Under the pieces are notes generated by a model. The model did not search any database. It saw nothing but the letters and a program-made list of their open reading frames with translations, and had not been told where the DNA came from. Source: a virus. From it: a DNA stretch of 64,000 nt. The translations under genes were made by a program, and so were the position numbers. The stretch spans positions 27,173 to 91,172 of IMG/VR virus record IMGVR_UViG_3300031419_000529. One strand, given 5' to 3'. Each line of letters starts with the position of its first letter. Position 1 is the first letter of the stretch. Shown here in pieces: positions 55,655-64,000 of the stretch.

Positions 55655-58600
55655 ATGGCCTACGATCCGCAACAACAGCGACCTGAAGAACAAGCGCTAA
55701 ACAACAACCGTGAATCGCTGAACATCCGGCAGCCAGGTGAAGCTGGTAGCACTGGTTTCGACTGGGAACAGGTGCGTAAGGCGCGCGAGGCCGCCGGCCG
55801 AAAATCGATAGTTCCCGATCCAAGTGTAGTTATAAAAGATTTGGGACTATCAGCAGTATCCGCGCCATTTGACGCCGTTAGCGGCTTAACTCAGTTTGCT
55901 ACCGGACTAAATAAAAACCTGGAAAACACAAGTAAAGGAAGGACTCTTTCTGACTTTGGAATAGACCCTGCAATGCAGGAGGTCATTCGCGCAAACCCAA
56001 GCAACGAGGCCGCAAAGCTGATTGGCAAAGGAGCGGATCGTGTAGTTGGTACAATCGGTAATTTTGCCAAAGACGCATCAGAGGGGGTCAAAGAAAATTA
56101 TAGCGATGGTGCAAAGCAGGCTGCCGCAATGCCTTTTGTCCAGCAGGATAAAGAAGGTAATTATCATGCCGGGCCTGGGCTTTTCGATAAAGATGCATGG
56201 CTAATTAACGCTGTTCCAACAATTACGCAGATGTTCACCATGAGTGGGGCTGCCAAAGTAGGTGCGGATGGTGTAATGAAAATGGTAGAACACGCCGTTT
56301 TTACGAAGCTTAGCAAGTCTCTTCCTGAGGACGTTGCGAGGGCGACAGCCAAAGAAACTGCCCAAATTGCTCGTGATAGAGCTAGGCATTCAACGTTTGC
56401 CGGTGCAATGGCTGCATCATCTCAAGGTCAGGCTGGGAACGATATGAGGGATGAAATAAATTCAATCCCATTCGATCAGTTGACCCAAAGTAAAACATTC
56501 CAAGATGCTTTTGCTGAGGTTGATGACAACCCTGCATATAAGGATTACACCGACACCCAAAAGTTAAGCCTCGCGAGAAATCAGGTTGCGGAGAAAGCAG
56601 CTACGACAGTTACTTCAGATCCGCGCTTATTAGCTGTCAATATGATGGCATCTACTCTCGGTGATAACACTCTTCTTCGGTTGCTGACGAAAAAGACAAC
56701 AGTCAAGGGGCCTCTACAGGGCATGATTCTTGGTGGTGCTACCGAAGGCACTGCTGAATTCGCTCAAGGATCCTCGCAGCGTTACATTCAAAACCAACAG
56801 TTAATCAATACAGCAGATCAAAAAATAGACCCAATGAAAGATGTCTATTCAACTGGTTTAAATAATGCCGTGCTTGGCACTGGAGTAGGTGTTGGTGCTG
56901 GTTTTATCGGCGGTGCGCGCAATCACCGGTCAGCACCTGAGCAGCAGGGGGGCGAGCAAAAAAATCAACCAGTTAATGCTGAAAATGCCACTGGCGAACA
57001 GCAGCCTGTCAACACCTCAGAAGCTGGCACCCAGCCACAAGAAACCCCATCTCAACCAGTCAATGGGCAGTTTACTGCTGAAGAGGTCGCCGGTGCCGCG
57101 CCAACGCGTGCTGATGAGTTCAGGGACACCCCAGCGTACTTGCGCCAAGATCCGCGCATTCAAGGTTTTGCCGAAGATAACGATGTGCAGCGTGCGCTGG
57201 CGGAACAACAGCAATCGCCGACGGCTGACGAGTTAATCAAGCAGCAAATGGAATCAGGTGATCAGGGTTATACCCCTGAAGAGCTGGCGGCGCAGGAGCG
57301 GGCAGATCAAATCCGCGAAGCGCTTATGCCACGGCTACCGCCTCCGGGTAAAACGTCAGTCATCGCCATGCCGGGTGAAGTGGCAAACGTGAATGTTGAT
57401 GATGCGCAGGCAGGTGACGGGCCACAGTTCCGCGCCGGGGAGCAGGTTCGGGGCCAGCAGTTCATACCACGTGACGCGGAACCACGTGCAAATGAAGTTG
57501 GTCGCGCCTCGCAGACCTATGACGGTGAGACGGTTCCAGGCAAGGCGATAACGGACAAGAACATCATTTTTGCCGATGGGCCAGTAATTAATACTGACGA
57601 TGTGCAGGCCGGTTCGGCACCCACATTCACGCGGGGCGAGACGCGCGATCAGCGCAACCTACGTAAATACTCCGAGGGCATTGGTGCCAATAACCAGACT
57701 CAGGGATTGCCAGACAATCGCCAGCGCGCCGGTGGCGTTCCCATTGATGCACAGACCGAGGCCTATGCTAAAGGCGAGCGACTTGGAGAGCTGAGAATCT
57801 TCGGTGACAAGCCATTTTCCTCGGAGCGAATTGCCCGCCTATCCCGCTCGGGTAAAACACCCGGTGCCACGATCGAAGCTGTCGATAGTGGTTTTGCTGT
57901 TCGTATGCCACTAGATAAGCCAAAACCAACGCCAAGCCTGAATGACGGCGAAGGCGAGCTAAGGTTGTTTGGCGACAAACCATTTGCCACATTACGGATG
58001 GCTCAGGCATCACGTTCAGGGAAAACACCTGGTGCCAAGATCGAGGAAGTTGAGGGCGGATATGCGATACGCATGCCGGTAGAAAAAGCGCCAGATCCAG
58101 AACCACAGTCGGTGACCGCAGAAAATGGACTGACAAAGGACGAGTCTGCTGAGCTGATCCAGCGGTTACTCGCTGAAGACCAAGCCGGCGGCCATGTGAT
58201 GAGTATCTTCAGGGCTGCCCATGGCACGCCAGAGGAACGGCGAATGTATGGTGCTCAATATCGCCCAATTCTCAACGCTCATCGCGCTAAAAAGCCGCAT
58301 TGGCGTGGAAACGCTGAATTTGATGATACAGGTAATGATCATGGCTCTACGCGTCATGAAGACCAGATTGACGACTTTGGCCAAAAACTGGAAGGCGCAG
58401 CGAAGCATCGGTGGGGTAAGTTCTCGGAGGCTATGGAGCGCGATGCTTCGGATGAACAGTATCAAACTGAACCCTTATCTAAGCTATTCCCTCAACCTGA
58501 TTACAGCAAAATGTCTGATGACGGCGTGGGTCACGATAAGCTGGCGCTGATCTCAATGCTTCGGGCTCGAATCCCATCGACGAAGCCGAAACGTTTACTG

Positions 58601-61600
58601 TCGCGCTGGGTGGAATCGGCCAAGGTGATGAAGGGACTCTCTGCGGATCTGCTTGATGGAAGAGTTAGCGTCGCAGATGTTCGTCAAAAGATACTTAATA
58701 GCAAGAATTTGCGTGGCATGCTGGATACACACGACCTCATCACCTCGTTGCCGCCAGAACAAATGGCTGCAGCATCAAAGTATCGTGTGCGTCATTCGCA
58801 CTACTCAATGTATGAGGGCAAGAGGTACCCGGAGCCGGGAAAATCGGTCTACGAGCTGGAAAGAGCCAATGGGATGGTGATCAGCGGAGTTGCTGATACG
58901 GATAAAGGCAACTTTATGGATAAAGCGCGGGCCTTCATTGATCAACAAAGTGGTGGCGCTCCAGCGTCGAAACAAACTAATTTCACAATCCATGCTGATC
59001 GCAAAACCCGCGATATCTTTATTGGCTATAAGGGGGCAAGCGGGGTAGCCAGGATTAAAGAAGGGTTCAAGGATCCTCGCGCAGCCCGCGATTATCTCAA
59101 TGAGAACCGCGCTGAGCTGGAAAGCCAAATAGCCAAGCAACGTGATCAGGCTCGTGCCGAACAGCGCCGGGACACCAACGCCCCGCGCACCGGAGCTGAG
59201 CGGCGATCCGCCGATGTTACCCCTGCACAGTTCGATAAAGAGTTTGGGTTCCGTGGGGTACAGTTCGGGAATTATGTGGAGTCGGGCCGCCGCCAGGCAG
59301 AATTGAACGATGCCTTTGATAGCCTGCATGACATGGCTGACATTATCGGAGTTCCGGTAAAAGCCATTTCCCTGAATGGCGAGCTCGGCCTTGCGTTCGG
59401 CGCGCGCGGCCGCGGTGGTTCTAATGCAGTTAAGGCGCATTACGAGCCGGGCGAGGTAGTGATTAATCTGACGAAAAATAATGGTGCAGGTTCGCTGGCA
59501 CATGAGTGGTTCCATGCTTTAGACAACTATTTCGGCCAGGCTGATGTAGGCGGTGGTCGTGGCATCAATTATGCGACTACACGCCGCCGTAAGACCATGA
59601 TGTTTAAGGATGGGAAGATGGTGCCTGCTGATTTCCCTGTGCGCCAAGAGGTTTGGAATGCATGGAAGGGAGTGATGAAAGCCGTCGGCGATAGTGGCAT
59701 GGTTGCCCGCGCGCAGAAGCTGGATGAGCTGCGCAGCAAACCCTATTGGGCAACCAATGTTGAAATGGCTGCTCGTTCGTATGAGCGTTACATCCTCGAT
59801 CGGGCTGAGGCTAAAGGCACCCGCAACGACTATCTGGTTAACCTCAAAAAAGCAGAAGAGCATGGCAACCCGGATACTTATGCCTATCCGACGGAAGCGG
59901 AGCTGAATAACGGTGTTCGGGACGCTTTCGATACCCTGTTCAAAACGCTGAAAACTAAACCAACAGATCGTGGCGTAGCCTTCTATTCCAAGGATGGGCT
60001 CGATATCGGCGGTGGCAATATCATTGCCGAAGATAATTTTGATACCTCAGGTGCAAAACCCGAAACGGGTATGAGAAAGCGATACGCTCAGAGTGTCGCC
60101 GATTCGTGGGTACGCCGCATGAACGGAGCGGCCCGGATCAAGGTAGAGGTTGTTCAGTCGCAGGCTGACGCTGCAGCGATGATGCCGAATGGCATACCGA
60201 AAGAGTTCGGTACCGTCCACGCCATTTATCAGCCAGAACTGAGCCGGGTGATTGTTGTTGCCGACAACATTGCGGACGGTAAACAGTTACGGTCTAAGCT
60301 GCGCCACGAGATTTTGGCACACCACGGCTTGGCTTCAGTGATTGGCGATGTGGAATATGACCGGATCATCCGCGTACTTCACCAAACGCGTGATAGCAAG
60401 AACCCGGAGATTCAGTCTGTATGGCGCCAGGTGCAGAGGTCATACGCCAATGAATCGCCAGAGGTACAGGCCAATGAGTTTCTGGCACATATGGCCGAAC
60501 GGTCAGAACTAACGGGATTGGGAGGCATTTGGGATCGGTTCGTCGCCATCATCACCAATGCGTTGCGTAAAGCCAACTTCTTCAACCCGAGTGACATCAC
60601 GCCGGCAGAGATCCGCAATATCCTGCGCTCCATTGCCGGGCGATTTAAGCGTACCGCAATGTATGAAGGTGAACAGCCAGGCAGCAGGGAGTTTGACGAT
60701 ACGTTCAGCCGTACAGATGCGCTTTACTCAGCATCAGGGAAAACTGAGCCGTTCAAACCGATGCCAGGGGATGCAGAGCGCTACCGCGCCGAGCTGTCCA
60801 GGGCAATGAATTCACTCAAGTCCGGCGAACTGATAATGAGTTTAGGCCGAACGCCTCCAGTGCTAAAAGCCTTAGGGGCCGCAGATCTGGATATGACTAT
60901 TTCACGAGATATCGTCAGGAAAGCCAGCAATGGCGTTAAACACGAAGTACCCATGACAGTGATAGAGCATCTCCCTGAGCTGATGCATGACCCAATTGCT
61001 GTCTTTAAATCGGGTACGCAGGAAAATGCGATGGTTGTTTTGCTTGAAGCGAGTGATACGCGAGGAAACCCTGTTGTTTCGGCTGTTCATTTAAACAAGA
61101 AGTCAGGCCGTATTGAGATCAACCGGATCGCGTCGGTGTATGGAACAGAAGGAGGAATACGCAAAATAGAAGACATGGCTCGCTACGGGCAGACGCTTTA
61201 CATGAGAGAAAAAGAAAAGCCTCATTCCAATACGACCCAAGGGCTTCAATTGCCCAAGCGTGGTTCACTGGAAGGAGGCTCCGGAGCTAATGAGTGGCTT
61301 CGTTCAATTGGGCTCCAATTGCCCAAGGAGAACACCGCTCACGGCTCTATCGAAAATATACTCTCTTCCGACGACATCCGCAAGAATACGGCGCTGTACT
61401 CCCGTTCCGCTGGCACCACTATGGACGAAATCACCAATAGAAAAATGGGCTTCAACGTCGAGAAAGGGAAGGTCGAAAAGGCAAAAGATTTTTACGGCAT
61501 GGTGAAGTCGAAGGATAGGTCTGAGCTAAAGAGTTGGCTGCAGGATATGGGCCGAAAACTGAATACCAAAACCTTTGATGGTATGGCCCCTCTCAAATAT

Positions 61601-64000
61601 GCGGAAGATGCCGCCGGAAAATCAGATGCCCGATCATCGGCATATATTGGCGCACGTATGGCGGCAGGTGCTGGCTCAGTCACTGCGGCCACTTTCGAAC
61701 ATGGCTTGCCGAAATACAATAAGGCAGAGGGGGTTGTAGAGCGGCAGGCTGGAACGGGTAAGGAAGATGCGCTGATGGGCATTCTGGATAGCCTGGGTAA
61801 TCACCGCGAAAACTTCCTGAAATGGATAGCCGGCCACCGCTCCGAGCGCCTGATGGCTGAAGGCAAGGAGAACAATTTCACTGCCGACGAGATCGCCTAC
61901 ATGAAAGGGCTGAACAAGGGCAATGAAGCGCTATTCGATGCCCAGAAAAAGAAATACGACGCTTTCATTAAATCGATTCTGGATCTACAGCAGGATATGG
62001 GCCTGATTGACCCGGAGAGTCGCGCCAATTGGGAGAGCGCCTGGTACCTGCCGTATTACCGAGAGGCGGAAGATGGCGAGGTGAAAGGGCCATGGAGTGC
62101 GCGCGGCATCGCAAACCAAAGCAGCACCGTCCGCAAGTTGAAGGGCAGCGAGCTCACTATCAAGGACCCGATTGAGAACCTGTTTAACTACGTGGCCAAG
62201 TCAGTCGATGCGTCCATGAAGAACGAGGCAATGCGCCGCGCCGTGGTAAACCTGGCCGATACCGGTGTGCTGGACGTGATCGAATCGCCCAATAAAATGG
62301 ACTTCGAGCGGATCGGCAAGGATGTGGTGAAGGTATTTACCGACGGTAAAGAGCAACTGGTGCAGGTCAATGACCCTGAGCTTTACCGTGCATTCACCAT
62401 GATCGACCTTGAGCGCAGCAACTCGGCATTCATGAAAGCGGCGCGCCAGGCGAAAAAGGTACTGACGATCGGTACTACCAGCATGCCGGATTTCATTATT
62501 AGGAACTTTATCCGTGACTCCCTGCACTCATGGGCCATTAATAAAGATGGGTTTAAGGCCGGTATAGACTCCTTCAAGGCACTGAACAAGGCCTTTAAAA
62601 CGGATGATAGCCTTATCGATATGATGTTCGCCGGCGCCACATTTGGCGGTGGGTACTCAAACGTTTACGACCCGGCATCGACTGCACGATCAATCCGTGG
62701 TGTGCTGCGCCGAAAGGGGTATACCGACAGCCAGATCAATGAGTTCGAGTCATCCATTGTACGAAACAGCAAAGATGTCATAGATAAACTGGGAACAGGG
62801 CTTGAGAAGTATCGCCACCTTAGCGAAGCGGCGGAGAATGCCAACCGCTTGGCAACCTACGACGCGGCGATTCGGTCGGGAAAAGGGAAGGCACAGGCTG
62901 CGTTCGAATCTCGTGATCTGATGGATTTTAGCATGATGGGGGCCAGCAAAATCATGATCAACCTCAGTGACATGCTACCGTTCTTCAACGCACGCATGCA
63001 GGGGTTGAGTAAGCTGGGACGCGCGATTAAAGAGGATCCGCAAACTGTATTAAAGCGTGGTGGAATGATTACCGCCGCTTCGCTTGCGCTGCTGGCTTTA
63101 AACTGGGACGACAAGCGTTATGAAGAATTACCAGACTGGGATAAAGACACATATTGGCATGCCTGGCTGCCTGGCGGTTTCCATATCCGGTTCCCGAAAC
63201 CGTTCGAAATCGGCCTGATGTTTGGCACACTGCCTGAACGGTTTGTTCGAACCCTGGGTGGGCAGGACTCTCCGGGTAAGTTTGGTAAGCTGGTGGCTCA
63301 TAACTTCATGGAAACAATGGCATTCAACCCAATCCCGCAGGTAGCAATGCCGATTGCTGAGGCATATGTAAATTACGACTTCTTCAAAGGCGGCCCGATC
63401 GAGAACATGGCGGACAGCAACCTAATTGCTGGCGCCAGATACAACGACCAAACCAGCCTGCTGATGCGTGAAATTGGTGGCGCAACCAACTTATCGCCGA
63501 AGATGCTGGATCACATCATACAGGGTTATACCGGTAGCCTGGGGGCATATGTCATGGGGGCAACCAATATCCTGATGCGCGGAATGCAAGACAATGGTGA
63601 AACCGCGTCTATGCGCCTGGATGAAATGCCGGTGATTAAATCACTTTTGCGTGGCTATGGTGATGACCCGGCGAAGTCTACTCAGTTCAGTGAGGACTTC
63701 TACCGGATGATGACGCAGGTGAACCAGATCAACAGCACCATCAATTCGTATCGGAAGCAGGGGCGGATTGACGATGCTCAAGAGCTGCGGGCGGAAAACA
63801 GAGATAAGTTGTCACAACTGAAGGGGTTAACGGCGACACAGACAGAGCTCCGCCAGTTGAATAACCGGATAGAGCTGGTACGTATTGATCGCATTTTGAC
63901 GGCAGAACAGAAGAGGGAAAGGATTGACCGCTTTATGGCCCAGCGCAATAAGCTGGTCCAGCAAGCGGTCGAGAGGGTGAATCCGTATTTTAATAAGTGA
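55655..64000 (+). CDS. Giant polyvalent ejection protein (LPD1/zincin-like, MuF-C/PBECR-like, LPD38-like)
   Basis: 2781 aa; GSLAHEWFHALDNYF, HEILAHHG, LPELMHDPIAVF..INRIASVYG, PKPFEIG; terminal position as in 933W-like phages. Confidence 0.88.
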   Translation: MAYDPQQQRPEEQALNNNRESLNIRQPGEAGSTGFDWEQVRKAREAAGRKSIVPDPSVVIKDLGLSAVSAPFDAVSGLTQFATGLNKNLENTSKGRTLSDFGIDPAMQEVIRANPSNEAAKLIGKGADRVVGTIGNFAKDASEGVKENYSDGAKQAAAMPFVQQDKEGNYHAGPGLFDKDAWLINAVPTITQMFTMSGAAKVGADGVMKMVEHAVFTKLSKSLPEDVARATAKETAQIARDRARHSTFAGAMAASSQGQAGNDMRDEINSIPFDQLTQSKTFQDAFAEVDDNPAYKDYTDTQKLSLARNQVAEKAATTVTSDPRLLAVNMMASTLGDNTLLRLLTKKTTVKGPLQGMILGGATEGTAEFAQGSSQRYIQNQQLINTADQKIDPMKDVYSTGLNNAVLGTGVGVGAGFIGGARNHRSAPEQQGGEQKNQPVNAENATGEQQPVNTSEAGTQPQETPSQPVNGQFTAEEVAGAAPTRADEFRDTPAYLRQDPRIQGFAEDNDVQRALAEQQQSPTADELIKQQMESGDQGYTPEELAAQERADQIREALMPRLPPPGKTSVIAMPGEVANVNVDDAQAGDGPQFRAGEQVRGQQFIPRDAEPRANEVGRASQTYDGETVPGKAITDKNIIFADGPVINTDDVQAGSAPTFTRGETRDQRNLRKYSEGIGANNQTQGLPDNRQRAGGVPIDAQTEAYAKGERLGELRIFGDKPFSSERIARLSRSGKTPGATIEAVDSGFAVRMPLDKPKPTPSLNDGEGELRLFGDKPFATLRMAQASRSGKTPGAKIEEVEGGYAIRMPVEKAPDPEPQSVTAENGLTKDESAELIQRLLAEDQAGGHVMSIFRAAHGTPEERRMYGAQYRPILNAHRAKKPHWRGNAEFDDTGNDHGSTRHEDQIDDFGQKLEGAAKHRWGKFSEAMERDASDEQYQTEPLSKLFPQPDYSKMSDDGVGHDKLALISMLRARIPSTKPKRLLSRWVESAKVMKGLSADLLDGRVSVADVRQKILNSKNLRGMLDTHDLITSLPPEQMAAASKYRVRHSHYSMYEGKRYPEPGKSVYELERANGMVISGVADTDKGNFMDKARAFIDQQSGGAPASKQTNFTIHADRKTRDIFIGYKGASGVARIKEGFKDPRAARDYLNENRAELESQIAKQRDQARAEQRRDTNAPRTGAERRSADVTPAQFDKEFGFRGVQFGNYVESGRRQAELNDAFDSLHDMADIIGVPVKAISLNGELGLAFGARGRGGSNAVKAHYEPGEVVINLTKNNGAGSLAHEWFHALDNYFGQADVGGGRGINYATTRRRKTMMFKDGKMVPADFPVRQEVWNAWKGVMKAVGDSGMVARAQKLDELRSKPYWATNVEMAARSYERYILDRAEAKGTRNDYLVNLKKAEEHGNPDTYAYPTEAELNNGVRDAFDTLFKTLKTKPTDRGVAFYSKDGLDIGGGNIIAEDNFDTSGAKPETGMRKRYAQSVADSWVRRMNGAARIKVEVVQSQADAAAMMPNGIPKEFGTVHAIYQPELSRVIVVADNIADGKQLRSKLRHEILAHHGLASVIGDVEYDRIIRVLHQTRDSKNPEIQSVWRQVQRSYANESPEVQANEFLAHMAERSELTGLGGIWDRFVAIITNALRKANFFNPSDITPAEIRNILRSIAGRFKRTAMYEGEQPGSREFDDTFSRTDALYSASGKTEPFKPMPGDAERYRAELSRAMNSLKSGELIMSLGRTPPVLKALGAADLDMTISRDIVRKASNGVKHEVPMTVIEHLPELMHDPIAVFKSGTQENAMVVLLEASDTRGNPVVSAVHLNKKSGRIEINRIASVYGTEGGIRKIEDMARYGQTLYMREKEKPHSNTTQGLQLPKRGSLEGGSGANEWLRSIGLQLPKENTAHGSIENILSSDDIRKNTALYSRSAGTTMDEITNRKMGFNVEKGKVEKAKDFYGMVKSKDRSELKSWLQDMGRKLNTKTFDGMAPLKYAEDAAGKSDARSSAYIGARMAAGAGSVTAATFEHGLPKYNKAEGVVERQAGTGKEDALMGILDSLGNHRENFLKWIAGHRSERLMAEGKENNFTADEIAYMKGLNKGNEALFDAQKKKYDAFIKSILDLQQDMGLIDPESRANWESAWYLPYYREAEDGEVKGPWSARGIANQSSTVRKLKGSELTIKDPIENLFNYVAKSVDASMKNEAMRRAVVNLADTGVLDVIESPNKMDFERIGKDVVKVFTDGKEQLVQVNDPELYRAFTMIDLERSNSAFMKAARQAKKVLTIGTTSMPDFIIRNFIRDSLHSWAINKDGFKAGIDSFKALNKAFKTDDSLIDMMFAGATFGGGYSNVYDPASTARSIRGVLRRKGYTDSQINEFESSIVRNSKDVIDKLGTGLEKYRHLSEAAENANRLATYDAAIRSGKGKAQAAFESRDLMDFSMMGASKIMINLSDMLPFFNARMQGLSKLGRAIKEDPQTVLKRGGMITAASLALLALNWDDKRYEELPDWDKDTYWHAWLPGGFHIRFPKPFEIGLMFGTLPERFVRTLGGQDSPGKFGKLVAHNFMETMAFNPIPQVAMPIAEAYVNYDFFKGGPIENMADSNLIAGARYNDQTSLLMREIGGATNLSPKMLDHIIQGYTGSLGAYVMGATNILMRGMQDNGETASMRLDEMPVIKSLLRGYGDDPAKSTQFSEDFYRMMTQVNQINSTINSYRKQGRIDDAQELRAENRDKLSQLKGLTATQTELRQLNNRIELVRIDRILTAEQKRERIDRFMAQRNKLVQQAVERVNPYFNK

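Larger units (their letters stand above)
5613..64000. mobile_element. Prophage 2: temperate phage with lambdoid early region and 933W/Sepvirinae-like podovirus late region; right att beyond window
   Basis: int, xis, cI/cro, O/P, lysis, terminase, portal, capsid, tail and giant ejection protein in canonical order. Confidence 0.95.

Noticed and set aside
1-64000. CRISPR array, retron, DGR or IS element
   Set aside because: No regularly spaced repeat-spacer array, no reverse transcriptase and no transposase ORF seen

Overview
The whole window is phage DNA from an enterobacterial genome (a Serratia/Yersiniaceae-like host is my inference). Two prophages sit in tandem, joined at an att core matching the 3' end of the SdsR/RyeB sRNA (5613-5636). 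Positions 1-5.6 kb are the tail end of a lambdoid siphovirus (J plus two tail fibres). Positions 5.6-64 kb are a near-complete temperate phage with a lambda-like early region: int/xis, SRAP, LexA-controlled umuDC, bet/exo, N, cI/cro, O/P, RdgC-FtsK-gamma, dam and a Q-like gene. Its late region is of the 933W/Sepvirinae podovirus type: lysis, terminase, portal, capsid, an SGNH tail fibre and a 2781-aa polyvalent ejection protein. Several AT-rich accessory genes are inserted as candidate defence morons. The most notable unexplained structure is regulatory. (1) An unannotated ~110-nt promoter-to-terminator RNA (16453-16565) displays UGGU(C) in three loops. It is complementary to a conserved ~20-nt RBS/start-codon motif (TAAGGACTGACCAATGACCA) shared by N, the cII-position gene, rdgC and Q, and in variant form by bet. 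A second antisense copy lies in the late leader. This is a candidate multi-target antisense switch. (2) Four near-identical pR'-like promoter/pause/terminator units are spread through the late operon. (3) CI lacks its Ala-Gly cleavage site, and an unannotated LexA-boxed 48-aa ORF is a candidate antirepressor. All functional calls come from motif recognition by eye; no searches were run.
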